This document shows positions 14,188 through 24,446 of a DNA stretch of 32,000 bases, one piece after another. Under the pieces are notes generated by a model. It searched no databases, was not told the DNA's origin, and saw nothing but the letters and a program-made list of their open reading frames with translations. The stretch's first letter is position 1. Every line of letters starts with the position of its first letter. A program made the translations under genes and the position numbers. The DNA is from Candidatus Electrothrix sp. GW3-4 (GTDB lineage: Bacteria > Desulfobacterota > Desulfobulbia > Desulfobulbales > Desulfobulbaceae): positions 1,320,001 through 1,352,000 of the forward strand of contig NZ_CP147990.1 in NCBI RefSeq assembly GCF_037902255.1. Direction: 5' to 3'.

Positions 14188-17100
14188 ATGAGTTTACAAG
14201 ATTGTATTGTTATTGATACCGTATACACCCGCTCAATCAATCTTGAACGGGATATTGACTCTGCTGCTATTGTCGAGGCGTATATCCCAACCACCCGTTC
14301 ACTCTATACCCTTCGCAAACTAGCTAATACCTTTAACAAAAATAATACTCCCCGTTCTTGGGCGTTGATTGGCCCTTATGGCTCTGGTAAATCCTCTTTT
14401 GCTGTTTACTTATCTCACTTGCTCTATGGAACCAATGACAATAATACAGAAAGAGTTTTTTCCTCGCTTGCTAACCATAGTCAGGGACTCATTGAAAAAT
14501 TTATTAATTATACTGACGGAACAAAGGGGTTCGTATCTATACTGCTCACAGGGTCTCCAGATCCCTTAATACCTCGTTTCTTATTAAGTTTACAAAAATC
14601 GGTATATTCTTTTTGGCGGGATATTCCTGGGCCGCCACCGACAATAATAGCAAAAATTGATGAGGCACTCCAAGAGGGTACCGTTAATACACATCAAGTT
14701 ATTGGACTTGTTGAAATGCTTCGCCAAGCGGTGGAAAAGGCCGGTGGAGCCGGAGTTCTTATCGTTTTTGATGAACTTGGTAAATTTCTCGAATACGAAG
14801 CACGCCATTATGAGGCTAATGACATTTATCTTCTGCAATCCTTGGCAGAACTAGCGGTTACTGGACATAAAACCAATATCTACGTTTTCACTCTTATGCA
14901 TCAAGGGTTCGAACAGTATGCTAGAGGGCTTGGTGAAGATCTACGTAATGAATGGAGTAAGATTCAAGGGCGTTTTGAAAATATACCGTTTCTTGAATCT
15001 ACTGAGCAGACATTACATATTATAAGCAGAGCCTTCAAAAATAGGCTTACAGAAAGAGATAAAGACAGAATTGCGACTAACTGCAAAAAAATAGCTGCTG
15101 TTTTAGATAAAGAAAAAGCTCTGCCCGGTGGTATGCATAGAAATCTTGCTGCTGATCTTTTCGCACAATGCTATCCGTTACACCCCGTTTCAGTGTTACT
15201 TTTGCCTATTCTCTGTCAGAAGATGGCTCAGAATGAACGAACTCTTTTTAGTTATCTTGGTTCTAAAGAGCAGCATGGTTTACGCTATAGCCTTTCTGCA
15301 ATTGACAAGATCGGCGAATGGGTTATGCCTTGGGAAATTTTTGATTATTTTATCCTTAATCAGCCTTCAGTTCTTACCGATCCTATTACTCATCGGCGCT
15401 GGGCGGAAGTTATCACCGCCATTGAACGTCTTGGGGATGTTCCAACGAACTATTTTGAATTACTAAAGACCATCGGTTTGCTGAACATTATTGGAGCCCA
15501 AGGGGGATTCAAGGCAAGTAAAAAGATTATTAGTCTTTGTGCTACGAGCAAAAGAGCTGCTACTATGGCTGCAAATGGCCTGATTGAATCTGCTGTTCTC
15601 CAATTTCGAAAATTCAGTAATGAGTATCGGGTTTGGCAGGGGAGTGATTTTGATTTAGATGCAGCTATCAAAGACGAACTTGATCAGATGGGGTATTTTG
15701 AACTTTGTGATGAGCTGAATAAGAGAAAGCCCCTTCAACCCATTGTCGCTCGTCGTCATACTATAGAGACTGGTTCGCTTCGTTATTTTTCTCCATCTTT
15801 TGTTGACGTAAATACATATAGAAAAAAATCAAATCAAGCAGGTCAGGAGCGAATTGTTTTTTGCTTAGTTGAATCCGCTGAAGAAATAAATAATGCCTAT
15901 GACAAAGTAGTTCCATATTTTTCTGCACAGGATGTGGTGGGTATCTATCGAAATGGTGTCCAACTCAGGGAGGCTGTGGCCGAAGTAATTGCTCTGCACC
16001 GGGTTGAAAATAAGTGTCAGGAGGTAAATAGTGATCCTGTTGCCCAGCGAGAATTTAAGGATCGCCTCGCAGTGGCTGAACAACTAGAGGACGAGTTGCT
16101 CTCCGCCTTGCTGGAAACTCCACAAGAAGCAGAGTGGTTCTGGAGACAAGAAAAGTTAACTGTCACTGGAAAACGGGAACATCAGCAAAAACTTTCTACG
16201 ATTCTGGATGCAGTATACCGCGACACCCCTTATATTCATAATGAGCTGATCAATCGAGAAAAGCCGTCTGCTCAAGCTAATGCCGCTCGTAATAAACTGG
16301 TAATGGCCATGATTAACCATTTGGACGAGCCGGAATTAGGAATAAAAAAATTTCCCCCGGAGAAAGCTATTTATCTTGCTTTTTTGTATTCCACAGGGCT
16401 GCATCAGCAGAGAAAAGACGGATGTTGGGAGTTGAAACCGCCAAGTCGGAATAATAAATGCAATCTTTATCCAGTTTGGCAGGAGATTGATGAATTTTTG
16501 GAAAGCACAAAAAGTACTCCACGTTCTTTTGATGAATTAACTATCCGATTACGAGTGCCTCCTTTTGGAATTAAAGCTGGTCTTCTACCGTTACTTTACC
16601 TCACAGTTTTTCTTGCCAAGCAGCATGAACTGGCATTGTACGAAAATAGTATTTACACGCCCTATATCACCACTCAACACATAGAGCGTTTTATGAAAAA
16701 GCCAAGTTGTTTTACTGTTCAGCTTCTTCAAATTGCAGGTATTCGTGCTTCTTTGTTTCAAGAGTATGCAAAAGTTCTTTTTGGCCGTAATAATAAACAG
16801 GAGGCTACGCTCCATACGATTGCCAAGCCTCTTGCGAAATTTGTTGCGAACCTTGATGAGTATGCAAAACGAACAAATCGTATATCTCCAGCTGGCAAAA
16901 AAGTCAGAAAAGCCATTCAGCTGGCAAAGTCACCAACGGACTTGCTTTTTGTCAAGCTACCAAATGCTTGTGGTTTTCCTGCTGTTGATAATGATGATAT
17001 CAAAGAAAGTCAAATTGAAGGGTTTGCCGCCTCTTTAGTTGAAGCGATCCGTGAACTACGAGATTGCCACAAAAAGATGCTTAACGAGTTGCAAGAATTG

Positions 17101-17682
17101 ATAGCTCATTCTCTTTTACCAGACATGAAGAGAAAGCTTGAACTGTCGGAATTAAGGAGCAAACTGTGTGCAACATATGAGGATCTTGATCAATATACCA
17201 TTGATCATAAAGAGTTGATTCCCTTTATTGAACATCTATCAGAATCTAAAGCAAAAGATGAACTGTGGTTTAATCGGTTGCTGCTCTTTCTGGCGGGGCG
17301 ATCCTCTGAAAAGTGGAGGGATATTGATCGTGATAACGCTTTGAAAAAACTTACTGACTTGTCAAGGCGGCTGCTAGATCTTAACTTTTTACAAAGCTCA
17401 TATAAACGGCAAAAGATAAAAATAGAAGGTGATTTTGATGTGATCTGGCTGAGAACAATGCGACATGGTACAAATTCTGATTGTGATGAACTTGTAAGGA
17501 TTGATGAGACGGCAAAGGAATATATTAGTAAAAATAAAAAACAGTTGAAAAGCTTATTACAAGAACTGGGCGATGAAAGTACCCGTCTTGCCATGCTTGC
17601 GGAACTATTGGATGATACGCTAGTTGAGAGGAAGAAAAATAAAATAAAGAAACGGCAAAAGCCGAAAAGGGTCAATGAGTAA
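14188..17682 (+). CDS. sspC: Large P-loop ATPase (1164 aa), SspC-like
   Basis: Walker A is LIGPYGSGKSSF and Walker B is VLIVFDELGKFLE. It has a 5-bp gap to sspB and an 8-bp overlap with the next gene. Confidence 0.65.
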   Translation: MSLQDCIVIDTVYTRSINLERDIDSAAIVEAYIPTTRSLYTLRKLANTFNKNNTPRSWALIGPYGSGKSSFAVYLSHLLYGTNDNNTERVFSSLANHSQGLIEKFINYTDGTKGFVSILLTGSPDPLIPRFLLSLQKSVYSFWRDIPGPPPTIIAKIDEALQEGTVNTHQVIGLVEMLRQAVEKAGGAGVLIVFDELGKFLEYEARHYEANDIYLLQSLAELAVTGHKTNIYVFTLMHQGFEQYARGLGEDLRNEWSKIQGRFENIPFLESTEQTLHIISRAFKNRLTERDKDRIATNCKKIAAVLDKEKALPGGMHRNLAADLFAQCYPLHPVSVLLLPILCQKMAQNERTLFSYLGSKEQHGLRYSLSAIDKIGEWVMPWEIFDYFILNQPSVLTDPITHRRWAEVITAIERLGDVPTNYFELLKTIGLLNIIGAQGGFKASKKIISLCATSKRAATMAANGLIESAVLQFRKFSNEYRVWQGSDFDLDAAIKDELDQMGYFELCDELNKRKPLQPIVARRHTIETGSLRYFSPSFVDVNTYRKKSNQAGQERIVFCLVESAEEINNAYDKVVPYFSAQDVVGIYRNGVQLREAVAEVIALHRVENKCQEVNSDPVAQREFKDRLAVAEQLEDELLSALLETPQEAEWFWRQEKLTVTGKREHQQKLSTILDAVYRDTPYIHNELINREKPSAQANAARNKLVMAMINHLDEPELGIKKFPPEKAIYLAFLYSTGLHQQRKDGCWELKPPSRNNKCNLYPVWQEIDEFLESTKSTPRSFDELTIRLRVPPFGIKAGLLPLLYLTVFLAKQHELALYENSIYTPYITTQHIERFMKKPSCFTVQLLQIAGIRASLFQEYAKVLFGRNNKQEATLHTIAKPLAKFVANLDEYAKRTNRISPAGKKVRKAIQLAKSPTDLLFVKLPNACGFPAVDNDDIKESQIEGFAASLVEAIRELRDCHKKMLNELQELIAHSLLPDMKRKLELSELRSKLCATYEDLDQYTIDHKELIPFIEHLSESKAKDELWFNRLLLFLAGRSSEKWRDIDRDNALKKLTDLSRRLLDLNFLQSSYKRQKIKIEGDFDVIWLRTMRHGTNSDCDELVRIDETAKEYISKNKKQLKSLLQELGDESTRLAMLAELLDDTLVERKKNKIKKRQKPKRVNE

Positions 17683-18463
17683 GGATAAAATGCGTCATGT
17701 TTGTGGTATTTCCGGCGGCAAAGACAGTGCCGCATTAGCTATTTATTTGAAAGAAAAAGGTGCGATACCTGATGTAGAGTATTTTTTTTCTGATACCGGT
17801 TGTGAGTTACCAGAAACGTATGACTTCATTGACCGTCTTGAAGCCTATCTTGGAAAAAAGATAACTCGGATAGGAGGAGAGGCACCTTTTAAACATCACC
17901 TTTTTATGATGGGAAACATGTTGCCATCTCCAAAGCAACGTTGGTGTACCGTTAAAATGAAAATAGAACCCTTTGAAAAATTTGTAGGAACAGATAACGT
18001 GACGAGTTATATAGCCATCCGCGCCGATGAACATCGTGAAGGTTATATTTCCACTAAATCTAATATTACGCCTGCTTTTCCTTTTATCCACGATGATATT
18101 GTCCGAAAGGATGTCTTTCAAATTTTAGAAGATACTGTTGGTATACCTGAATATTATAAATGGCGTAGTCGTTCAGGCTGTTATTTTTGTTTTTTTCAAC
18201 GACATGAGGAGTGGATTGGCCTTTTTGACAATCATCCTGATTTGTTTCAAAAAGCGGTGGAGATGGAAAAAATTGATCCTGATACCGGAGAAGGATTTTC
18301 TTGGATTCAAGGGATGAGTTTGAAACAGCTTTTAGAGCGTAGGGAAGAAATTATTGAGCTGGCATCGAAGCGAAGAAAGGGAGAGGATAACAGAAGTTGG
18401 CAGGAAATTTTATTGGAAGAAGGGGACTCTGATGATTCAGGGTGCTTGATTTGTAGCCTGTAA
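17675..18463 (+). CDS. sspD: PAPS-reductase/DndC-like ATP pyrophosphatase, SspD-like
   Basis: The PP-loop is VCGISGGKDSAAL. Cys-rich motifs are SGCYFCFF and the C-terminal GCLICSL. Confidence 0.8.
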   Translation: MSKDKMRHVCGISGGKDSAALAIYLKEKGAIPDVEYFFSDTGCELPETYDFIDRLEAYLGKKITRIGGEAPFKHHLFMMGNMLPSPKQRWCTVKMKIEPFEKFVGTDNVTSYIAIRADEHREGYISTKSNITPAFPFIHDDIVRKDVFQILEDTVGIPEYYKWRSRSGCYFCFFQRHEEWIGLFDNHPDLFQKAVEMEKIDPDTGEGFSWIQGMSLKQLLERREEIIELASKRRKGEDNRSWQEILLEEGDSDDSGCLICSL

Positions 18464-18487
18464 TAATCTGTGAGCGGAGTTTTAAAA

Positions 18488-20614
18488 ATGCCTATTGAAA
18501 ATATTGACAGAGAACTCAAGAAGATATACGAGCTAAATACCGCAAAAAAATTCGTTTTACCAAATTTTCAAAGAAGCTTTGTTTGGAAATCAAAAGCACA
18601 AAAGGAGCTTATAGCGTCTTTTATAGTGCATTTGCCAATTGGAAGCCTATTAGTTCTTGAAGGCGAACAGGGGGATTTTTCCGCAAGAGCATTATGCTTT
18701 CCCGATAAAATTCAACCAGCTGAAGATTGTAGCTATGTACTTGATGGTCAGCAAAGATTATCAACGCTTCGGACAGTTTTTTATGATCTTTTTCAAGAGA
18801 GCGATGATTGGTTAGCAACTTGGAATAAATTATATTCAAGTTTGCGAGCTAGATGGTTTATTCGGGTAAAACCTGATAAAAGTGAACTTGATCCTTTCGG
18901 TTTCAGAAAATTACATTTTGAAACACTTATAAAGTACGATCAGGGGCAATTGATTGATTTTATAGAGGAAAGAAAAATATTTAAAACTAGAATTGATGCT
19001 TTCTATCATCCAGGCTACAAGCCTGTAGATAATGACGGAAATAAACTTACCGGAAATAAAGCAAGGTTACATATAGCAAGAAAGTTTGCTGAATTAAATA
19101 TAGTACCACTTTACGAACTTCATAAGGGACAAAACGGTATTCACCATAAAACACTTGATCAAATAGCTTCGAAACGCCTTGATGATTTGAAGGCGGAAGT
19201 AAATGATGCCGATGATTATATTGAGAAATATAATGCTCTATTAGGAGAAGTCGAAGATGACATCGAAGAACTTGTCAAAACTGACGACACTAATGCCATT
19301 GATCAAGCATGGATAGAGCTTAAGGTTAGGTGGGTAAGGAGCGTTTCGGAATACTTAGAAGGGATTACGTCAAGAAAAATACCAATAATTTTACTGCCAA
19401 GCTCTGAAATCAGCCGGGCTGTAGCAATTTTTGAGGCTATCAATAAAGGGGGGACTCCGCTTAGTGTTTATGATTTAGTCGTTGCAAAGGCAGCAAAAAA
19501 TAGTGAAATTGACAATTTATCAAACAGGATATGCAAGAATCTTCGTGATAAAATTCATATTCCAGACCATCTCAATAGTAAGTTTACTTCATCATCATTA
19601 AGCAATAAATGGTCTTGTGAAAATATGCAAGTTATAGACAATAATGAACCTGCTAGATTTGTTCAGGATTGGTATTTGAATATTTTGTCACTTATTGTGT
19701 ATTTGAAAGTGAAAGATCACTCTGAAAAAATAAACGATAACATATATCGTGTTGAATATATAAAAAGAGAAAGAATTCTAGAATTATCTTCTGAAGAGAT
19801 CAATCAGTATACGGACCGTGCGGTGGCTTCTTTGGTAAAAGCTTTTGCATTTGTCCACTTTCGATGCGGTGTAATGAAAGTTAACTCTGTACCTTACAGG
19901 TTAATGGTGTTGGTAATCGCTTATTTTTTAGATGATGAAAACAACTGGGACAATAAAAAAGTAATTGACCAGCTAGAATATTGGTACTGGTGTTCGTTAT
20001 TTGGAGGCGGGTATCATTATCGTCAAAATGAGACATGCATTGAAGATATTGAAAATCTATCTATATTTTTTGAGAAAGGTGAGAATAAATTTCAAAAAAG
20101 AGCAGCTGATGTTCTCGGTATTGTGGGGTATGCAAATAAAGATATGCTCCTAAGAAAAAATGAAGAAATTGAAGGGGCAAGTGTACGAGAAGGGATTTTG
20201 CAATACATACTGAGTAAAAGTCCTGTTGATTTCCTTAATGACGATCAGAAAATAACCAGTTGGGATGTGACGAATGGAAAATTTGATGTTGAAGTGCATC
20301 ATTTGATCCCACTTGCAGGTGCAACAACAATAGATACTTCCTCATCTAAAATTAGAAAAGATAAATCTCATATTTTAAACAGTGCATTAAATCTTACTTA
20401 TATTTCCAAAGATGCCAATAGAAAAATTAGAGACAAAGGGGCAGTTGAATATTTTAACTATATTGACTCTATGAGTACGATTGGCCATTGTGTACCTAGT
20501 GTAGATAAATTAAAAAATGATTACGGAGAAGATTATTATGAAAGTTTCTTAGCTGATCGATTTGAATTTATTTATAGAGAACTCCGGCAAGAGTTAGATG
20601 ATTTGATAAATTAG
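18488..20614 (+). CDS. sspE: DUF262 (N-terminal) + DUF1524/HNH-like (C-terminal) protein, SspE-like PT-dependent restriction component
   Basis: DUF262 motifs are LPNFQRSFVW and LDGQQRLSTL. The C-terminal part has VEVHHLIPL...LNLTYISKDANRKI. The start is moved from GTG 18470 to ATG 18488, which follows ggag. Confidence 0.75.
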   Translation: MPIENIDRELKKIYELNTAKKFVLPNFQRSFVWKSKAQKELIASFIVHLPIGSLLVLEGEQGDFSARALCFPDKIQPAEDCSYVLDGQQRLSTLRTVFYDLFQESDDWLATWNKLYSSLRARWFIRVKPDKSELDPFGFRKLHFETLIKYDQGQLIDFIEERKIFKTRIDAFYHPGYKPVDNDGNKLTGNKARLHIARKFAELNIVPLYELHKGQNGIHHKTLDQIASKRLDDLKAEVNDADDYIEKYNALLGEVEDDIEELVKTDDTNAIDQAWIELKVRWVRSVSEYLEGITSRKIPIILLPSSEISRAVAIFEAINKGGTPLSVYDLVVAKAAKNSEIDNLSNRICKNLRDKIHIPDHLNSKFTSSSLSNKWSCENMQVIDNNEPARFVQDWYLNILSLIVYLKVKDHSEKINDNIYRVEYIKRERILELSSEEINQYTDRAVASLVKAFAFVHFRCGVMKVNSVPYRLMVLVIAYFLDDENNWDNKKVIDQLEYWYWCSLFGGGYHYRQNETCIEDIENLSIFFEKGENKFQKRAADVLGIVGYANKDMLLRKNEEIEGASVREGILQYILSKSPVDFLNDDQKITSWDVTNGKFDVEVHHLIPLAGATTIDTSSSKIRKDKSHILNSALNLTYISKDANRKIRDKGAVEYFNYIDSMSTIGHCVPSVDKLKNDYGEDYYESFLADRFEFIYRELRQELDDLIN

Positions 20615-20755
20615 GTTTACGAACGTACCTCTGATCCACATCTGCTGCACGAGAGACTGTTCCAGAAAGCGAGCAGCATCCACATCCAAAAGATAGGATT
20701 CTATCTTGTCAATGCTCTCGGAAATATGGATCAAATAGAGCCTGTCGTCCTTCAT
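20594..20755 (-). pseudogene. hepT: Truncated HepT (DUF86/HEPN) toxin gene, N-terminal ~40 codons only
   Basis: MKDDRLYLIHISESIDKIESYL...FLEQSLVQQ then runs into unrelated low-GC sequence. The Rx4H HEPN motif is absent. The ATGA start overlaps the mntA stop. Confidence 0.7.
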
Positions 20756-21042
20756 AACTGTATCGCTTCCTGCATAATCTTCTCTTTCAGATACCAATGC
20801 AGGCCGCGTTCCGTCACGATATCCACCTTTCGACCCAGCAGTTCTTGCAGCCTGATCAGCGCACCGCCGAGATCCAGCATGCTGCGCCCCGGCTCCAGCT
20901 CGACAAGCAGGTCAATATCACTCTGCGGAGTTTCTTCACCTCGGATGACAGAACCGAATATTCGTAGCCGGACAATCCCGTGCTGTCGGGCAATGGCAAG
21001 GATGTTCTTTTTTTGTCGCTGTATTCTTTCGAGTTCTTTCAT
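20752..21042 (-). CDS. mntA: MntA-type minimal nucleotidyltransferase antitoxin
   Basis: LRIFGSVIRGEETPQSDIDLLVE carries the GS...DxD nucleotidyltransferase motif. 96 aa, paired with the hepT remnant. Confidence 0.85.
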   Translation of the reverse strand: MKELERIQRQKKNILAIARQHGIVRLRIFGSVIRGEETPQSDIDLLVELEPGRSMLDLGGALIRLQELLGRKVDIVTERGLHWYLKEKIMQEAIQL

Positions 21043-21156
21043 GATTGATCAGATTGTATTTCCATCATTCATCAGTGCATTCCATTATTCGGTCAGCATA
21101 AGAACCGGAACTATCTCTGTCAATAGGGAATATCACCAGAGAAAGGCTCATCGGCC

Positions 21157-21639
21157 TTAATGAGATGCAATAGCTTCCTCCAACCGCTCAACACTCCCCA
21201 CCCGCAGCAACTCCAGCAAAAAAAGGGCCGCAACCTCCACATTCTCCACCCCCGCATCCGTCAGCCCCTCCTGCAACGCAAAAGACATCCCGCCTATCTC
21301 CAGCATATAGGCGGGCGGGGTTTTTCCATAGAGCTGAGAACAGAGAGCCAGCACCGATCCCGGTGACATGGCATGGGTGGTAAAGGAGACAGAGGCGTCG
21401 GGTTGTAGGCGGTAGAAGTTGAAGTGATCAACCGGTGAGCGGGTGGCATCGGCAAAAATGACGATATCATGCTCGCTGAGGAGCAGGGCATCTTCCACAT
21501 TGAGCTGGTAATTGCTGTCCGTGGTTACACCGGGCAGGGCTGCTGCCCGGATGCGTTCTGCCAGGGCGACACCGGCCCCGTCATCTTCCCGGCCCGGATT
21601 GCCAAAGCCGTAGACTAGCACAGAAGGGGGCGAGTTCAC
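21157..21639 (-). CDS. hoxW: [NiFe] hydrogenase maturation endopeptidase
   Basis: VLVYGFGNPGREDDGAGVAL. 4-bp overlap with hoxH. Confidence 0.85.
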   Translation of the reverse strand: MNSPPSVLVYGFGNPGREDDGAGVALAERIRAAALPGVTTDSNYQLNVEDALLLSEHDIVIFADATRSPVDHFNFYRLQPDASVSFTTHAMSPGSVLALCSQLYGKTPPAYMLEIGGMSFALQEGLTDAGVENVEVAALFLLELLRVGSVERLEEAIASH

Positions 21640-23102
21640 ATACCCTTCCTTTGCTGATCAAGGACAGCTCCTGCGGCATCGTAGAGGGTGACCTCCAGGG
21701 GCATCTGGCCCATAGCATGGGTGGCGCAGCTCAGGCAGGGGTCATAGGCGCGGATGGCCACCTCAACCGCGTTCATCATCGGCTCGGTGATCTCGGCCTT
21801 CCCCGTCATCTGGGCAACAGCGGCAGCATTGACGGCCCGATTCATGGGTTCGTTATTATTGGTCGTCGAAACAATAAGATTGCACATGGTGATCAGATCC
21901 TGCTCATTGACTCGGTAATGATGGAACAGGGTACCTCGGGGTGCCTCAAGCAGGCCGATGCCCTCTCCGCACCGTTCGCCCTTGGTGACCAGATCTGTAC
22001 CCTGAAGATCCGGGTCAAGGAGCAGCTCCTTCATCATCTCCGCCGCATGCAGGGTCTCGATCAAGCGTGCCCAGTGATAATGCATGCTCATATGATTGGG
22101 CTTGCCCTTGGTGTAGGCGCGGAACTGCTCAAAGGCTGCCTGGGCCTTGGGCGAGGGAATGAAATCGCAGACATTGAGCCGGGCCAGCGGACCAACCCGG
22201 TACCAGCCCTCCTTCGGACCCAGTTCCTTGATATACGGGAATTTCATATAGCTCCAGGAACGGACTTCTTCCTCCACCACATCCAGATAATCTCGGCTGT
22301 CCACGTCATTGACAATCCGTTTTCCTTCAGGATCAACAGCACGAATCACGCCGTGATAGAGATCCAAGGCCCCGTCCGGGCGAACCAGCGACAGGTGGTT
22401 GGAGGGAAAGGTGGCAAAGCCGTCCAGGAAATCGGTATGGCTGCTGTGATAATCCAGCAGCAGAGCCAAGGCCGCTTCTGACCACTCAATCATCTTGTCC
22501 GCCGAGAGATCAGGATTACCGTTAATGCCGTTGAGAAAGGCATCCCGGTCTTCCAGGCTGAGATTCTTATTGATGCCGCCGGGAACAGCCCCGGTGCCGT
22601 GAATCTTTTTACCCGCTGTGGCCGCAATTATTTCCTGCCCGTACTTGCGCATGAGCACGGCCTGTTTGGCCAGCTCAGGATGTTCAAGGATAACGCCGAT
22701 GACATTTCTCCGCTCCGGGTCCGCATCCATGCCAAAGAGTAGGTCAGGCGAGGCCAGATGGAAGAAATGGAGGACATGGGATTGGAAGATCTGGCCATAA
22801 TGCATAAGGCGGCGCATCTTTTCCGCCACCGGGGTCAGGCCGTTGCCGTCTCCAGCCCCGACAAGCATATCCATAGCCTTGGCCGCAGCCAGATGATGGC
22901 TGACCGGACAGATGCCACAGAGTCGCTGGACCAGGACTGGTGCCTCCCAAAAGGGGCGACCGCAGACAAAGCGTTCAAAGCCGCGAAATTCGACAATATG
23001 GAGACGGCTTTCCGTGACCTGATGGTTATCGTCCAAGTGGATGGTTACCTTGCCGTGCCCTTCAACCCGGGTGACCGGTTCAATAGTGATTTTTTGTGCC
23101 AT
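21636..23102 (-). CDS. hoxH: NAD-linked bidirectional [NiFe] hydrogenase large subunit
   Basis: RVEGHG, RLCGICPVSH, and the C-terminal DPCLSCATH followed by a cleavable extension. Confidence 0.92.
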   Translation of the reverse strand: MAQKITIEPVTRVEGHGKVTIHLDDNHQVTESRLHIVEFRGFERFVCGRPFWEAPVLVQRLCGICPVSHHLAAAKAMDMLVGAGDGNGLTPVAEKMRRLMHYGQIFQSHVLHFFHLASPDLLFGMDADPERRNVIGVILEHPELAKQAVLMRKYGQEIIAATAGKKIHGTGAVPGGINKNLSLEDRDAFLNGINGNPDLSADKMIEWSEAALALLLDYHSSHTDFLDGFATFPSNHLSLVRPDGALDLYHGVIRAVDPEGKRIVNDVDSRDYLDVVEEEVRSWSYMKFPYIKELGPKEGWYRVGPLARLNVCDFIPSPKAQAAFEQFRAYTKGKPNHMSMHYHWARLIETLHAAEMMKELLLDPDLQGTDLVTKGERCGEGIGLLEAPRGTLFHHYRVNEQDLITMCNLIVSTTNNNEPMNRAVNAAAVAQMTGKAEITEPMMNAVEVAIRAYDPCLSCATHAMGQMPLEVTLYDAAGAVLDQQRKGM

Positions 23103-23133
23103 AATGGTTTATCAGCTCCGATTCCTGGGTTGC

Positions 23134-23685
23134 TTAATCAAATTTGATGACTTCATAGGGGAGTTTCGCTTCCTGACCAGTGACCAGGGCAGTTAATGCC
23201 CCGTAGATCAGGTCAGCCCTGGGTGGGCAGCCGGGAAGGAAATAATCCATCTTCACGATCTCGTGACAGGGATAGACCTTGTCCAGCAGCGCGGGCAGTT
23301 CTGCATCGTTGGGCAGAATTCGCTCCGGGTTTGCCTGGGCCGTGGACGGACTGTTCAGATAGGCTTCTTCCAGGCATTCTTGAATGGGAATATTATTGCG
23401 CATGGCTGGTAATCCGCCCATGATGGCGCATTCGCCCACGGCCACCAGAATACGGCAATGTTTGCGGAAATCGCGCAGGGTATGGATATGCTCGTCATTG
23501 CAGCATCCGCCTTCAATCAACGCGATATCACAGTCCTGCTCAAAGGTCTTGATATCGTTAATCGGGCTTTTGCCCCAGTGAACCAACTCGACAAGATCAA
23601 GAATGCGTTCATCTATGTCAAGAAAAGACATGTGACAGCCGAAGCAGCCTGCCAGGGAAGCAGTGGCAATAATCGGTTTCTTCAT
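23134..23685 (-). CDS. hoxY: [NiFe] hydrogenase small subunit (NuoB-like)
   Basis: ATASLAGCFGCHMSFLDID...LPGCPP. 183 aa. Confidence 0.88.
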   Translation of the reverse strand: MKKPIIATASLAGCFGCHMSFLDIDERILDLVELVHWGKSPINDIKTFEQDCDIALIEGGCCNDEHIHTLRDFRKHCRILVAVGECAIMGGLPAMRNNIPIQECLEEAYLNSPSTAQANPERILPNDAELPALLDKVYPCHEIVKMDYFLPGCPPRADLIYGALTALVTGQEAKLPYEVIKFD

Positions 23686-24446
23686 GATTTTTCTCCGTTG
23701 CAGGTTGTGCAGACCGTCTCCGAACCGATGGGATTATGATCGTATTTCCGCTGACCAAAGGGGGTGTCAAAGCCCTTTTCTTTACGGATGATCGCTCCTA
23801 CCGGACAGATGTGCATGGCTTGTTGGGCCTGCTCTTCCGAGATGTTTTTGACCAGCTCTTCATCCATGATAATCCCGCTTTTATCCCCTCGCTTGGTAAA
23901 GCCAAAGAGCTGTTTCCCGTCCTCGGTCGTGATAGCCAGTACGCAACGTCGGCAGAGGATACAGCGGTTGCGGTCAAAAAGGAGCTTGGGAGACTCGGCA
24001 TTGACCTCTCTGGAGGAAAAGGCGTAATGAAACCGGGGCGAGAGCATCTGATAGCGATAGGCCAGGGCCTGGAGATCGCAGGAACCGCTTTTTTCGCAGG
24101 AGGGGCAGAAATGATTGCCCTCAACAAAGAGCAGCTCGACAATGGTCTTGCGCAGATCGTTGAGTTCCTCGGTGTCATTCTCCACAATATAATCCTGGGC
24201 AACCGGGGTGGTGCAAGCCGCCATAGTACGACCGTTCACCCTGACCGTGCAGATGCGGCAGGTGCCTGGGGCAATATCCGATTTCAGCCCGTTTTCCTTG
24301 CTTGCATGCAGGGCGCAAAGGGTGGGAATATATATACCGTTTTTTTGGGCAGCCTGGAGGATGGTCTGTCCTGCCTTTGCCTGTATTTCCTGTCCGTCAA
24401 TGGTCAGGGTGATTGTCTCACTCGATGTTTCAATCGTTTCGCTCAT
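23682..24446 (-). CDS. hoxU: Diaphorase Fe-S subunit (NuoG N-terminal-like)
   Basis: It has a 2Fe-2S ferredoxin-like N-terminus (TLTIDGQEIQAKAGQTILQAA...IPTLC) and multiple Cys clusters. It shares 4-bp overlaps with both neighbours. Confidence 0.85.
   Translation of the reverse strand: MSETIETSSETITLTIDGQEIQAKAGQTILQAAQKNGIYIPTLCALHASKENGLKSDIAPGTCRICTVRVNGRTMAACTTPVAQDYIVENDTEELNDLRKTIVELLFVEGNHFCPSCEKSGSCDLQALAYRYQMLSPRFHYAFSSREVNAESPKLLFDRNRCILCRRCVLAITTEDGKQLFGFTKRGDKSGIIMDEELVKNISEEQAQQAMHICPVGAIIRKEKGFDTPFGQRKYDHNPIGSETVCTTCNGEKS

Noticed and set aside
17205-17735. The 176-aa minus-strand ORF inside the sspC-like gene
   Set aside because: It is antisense to a long, motif-bearing ORF, and its Ser/Phe/Leu-rich, low-complexity translation is typical of AT-rich antisense frames.
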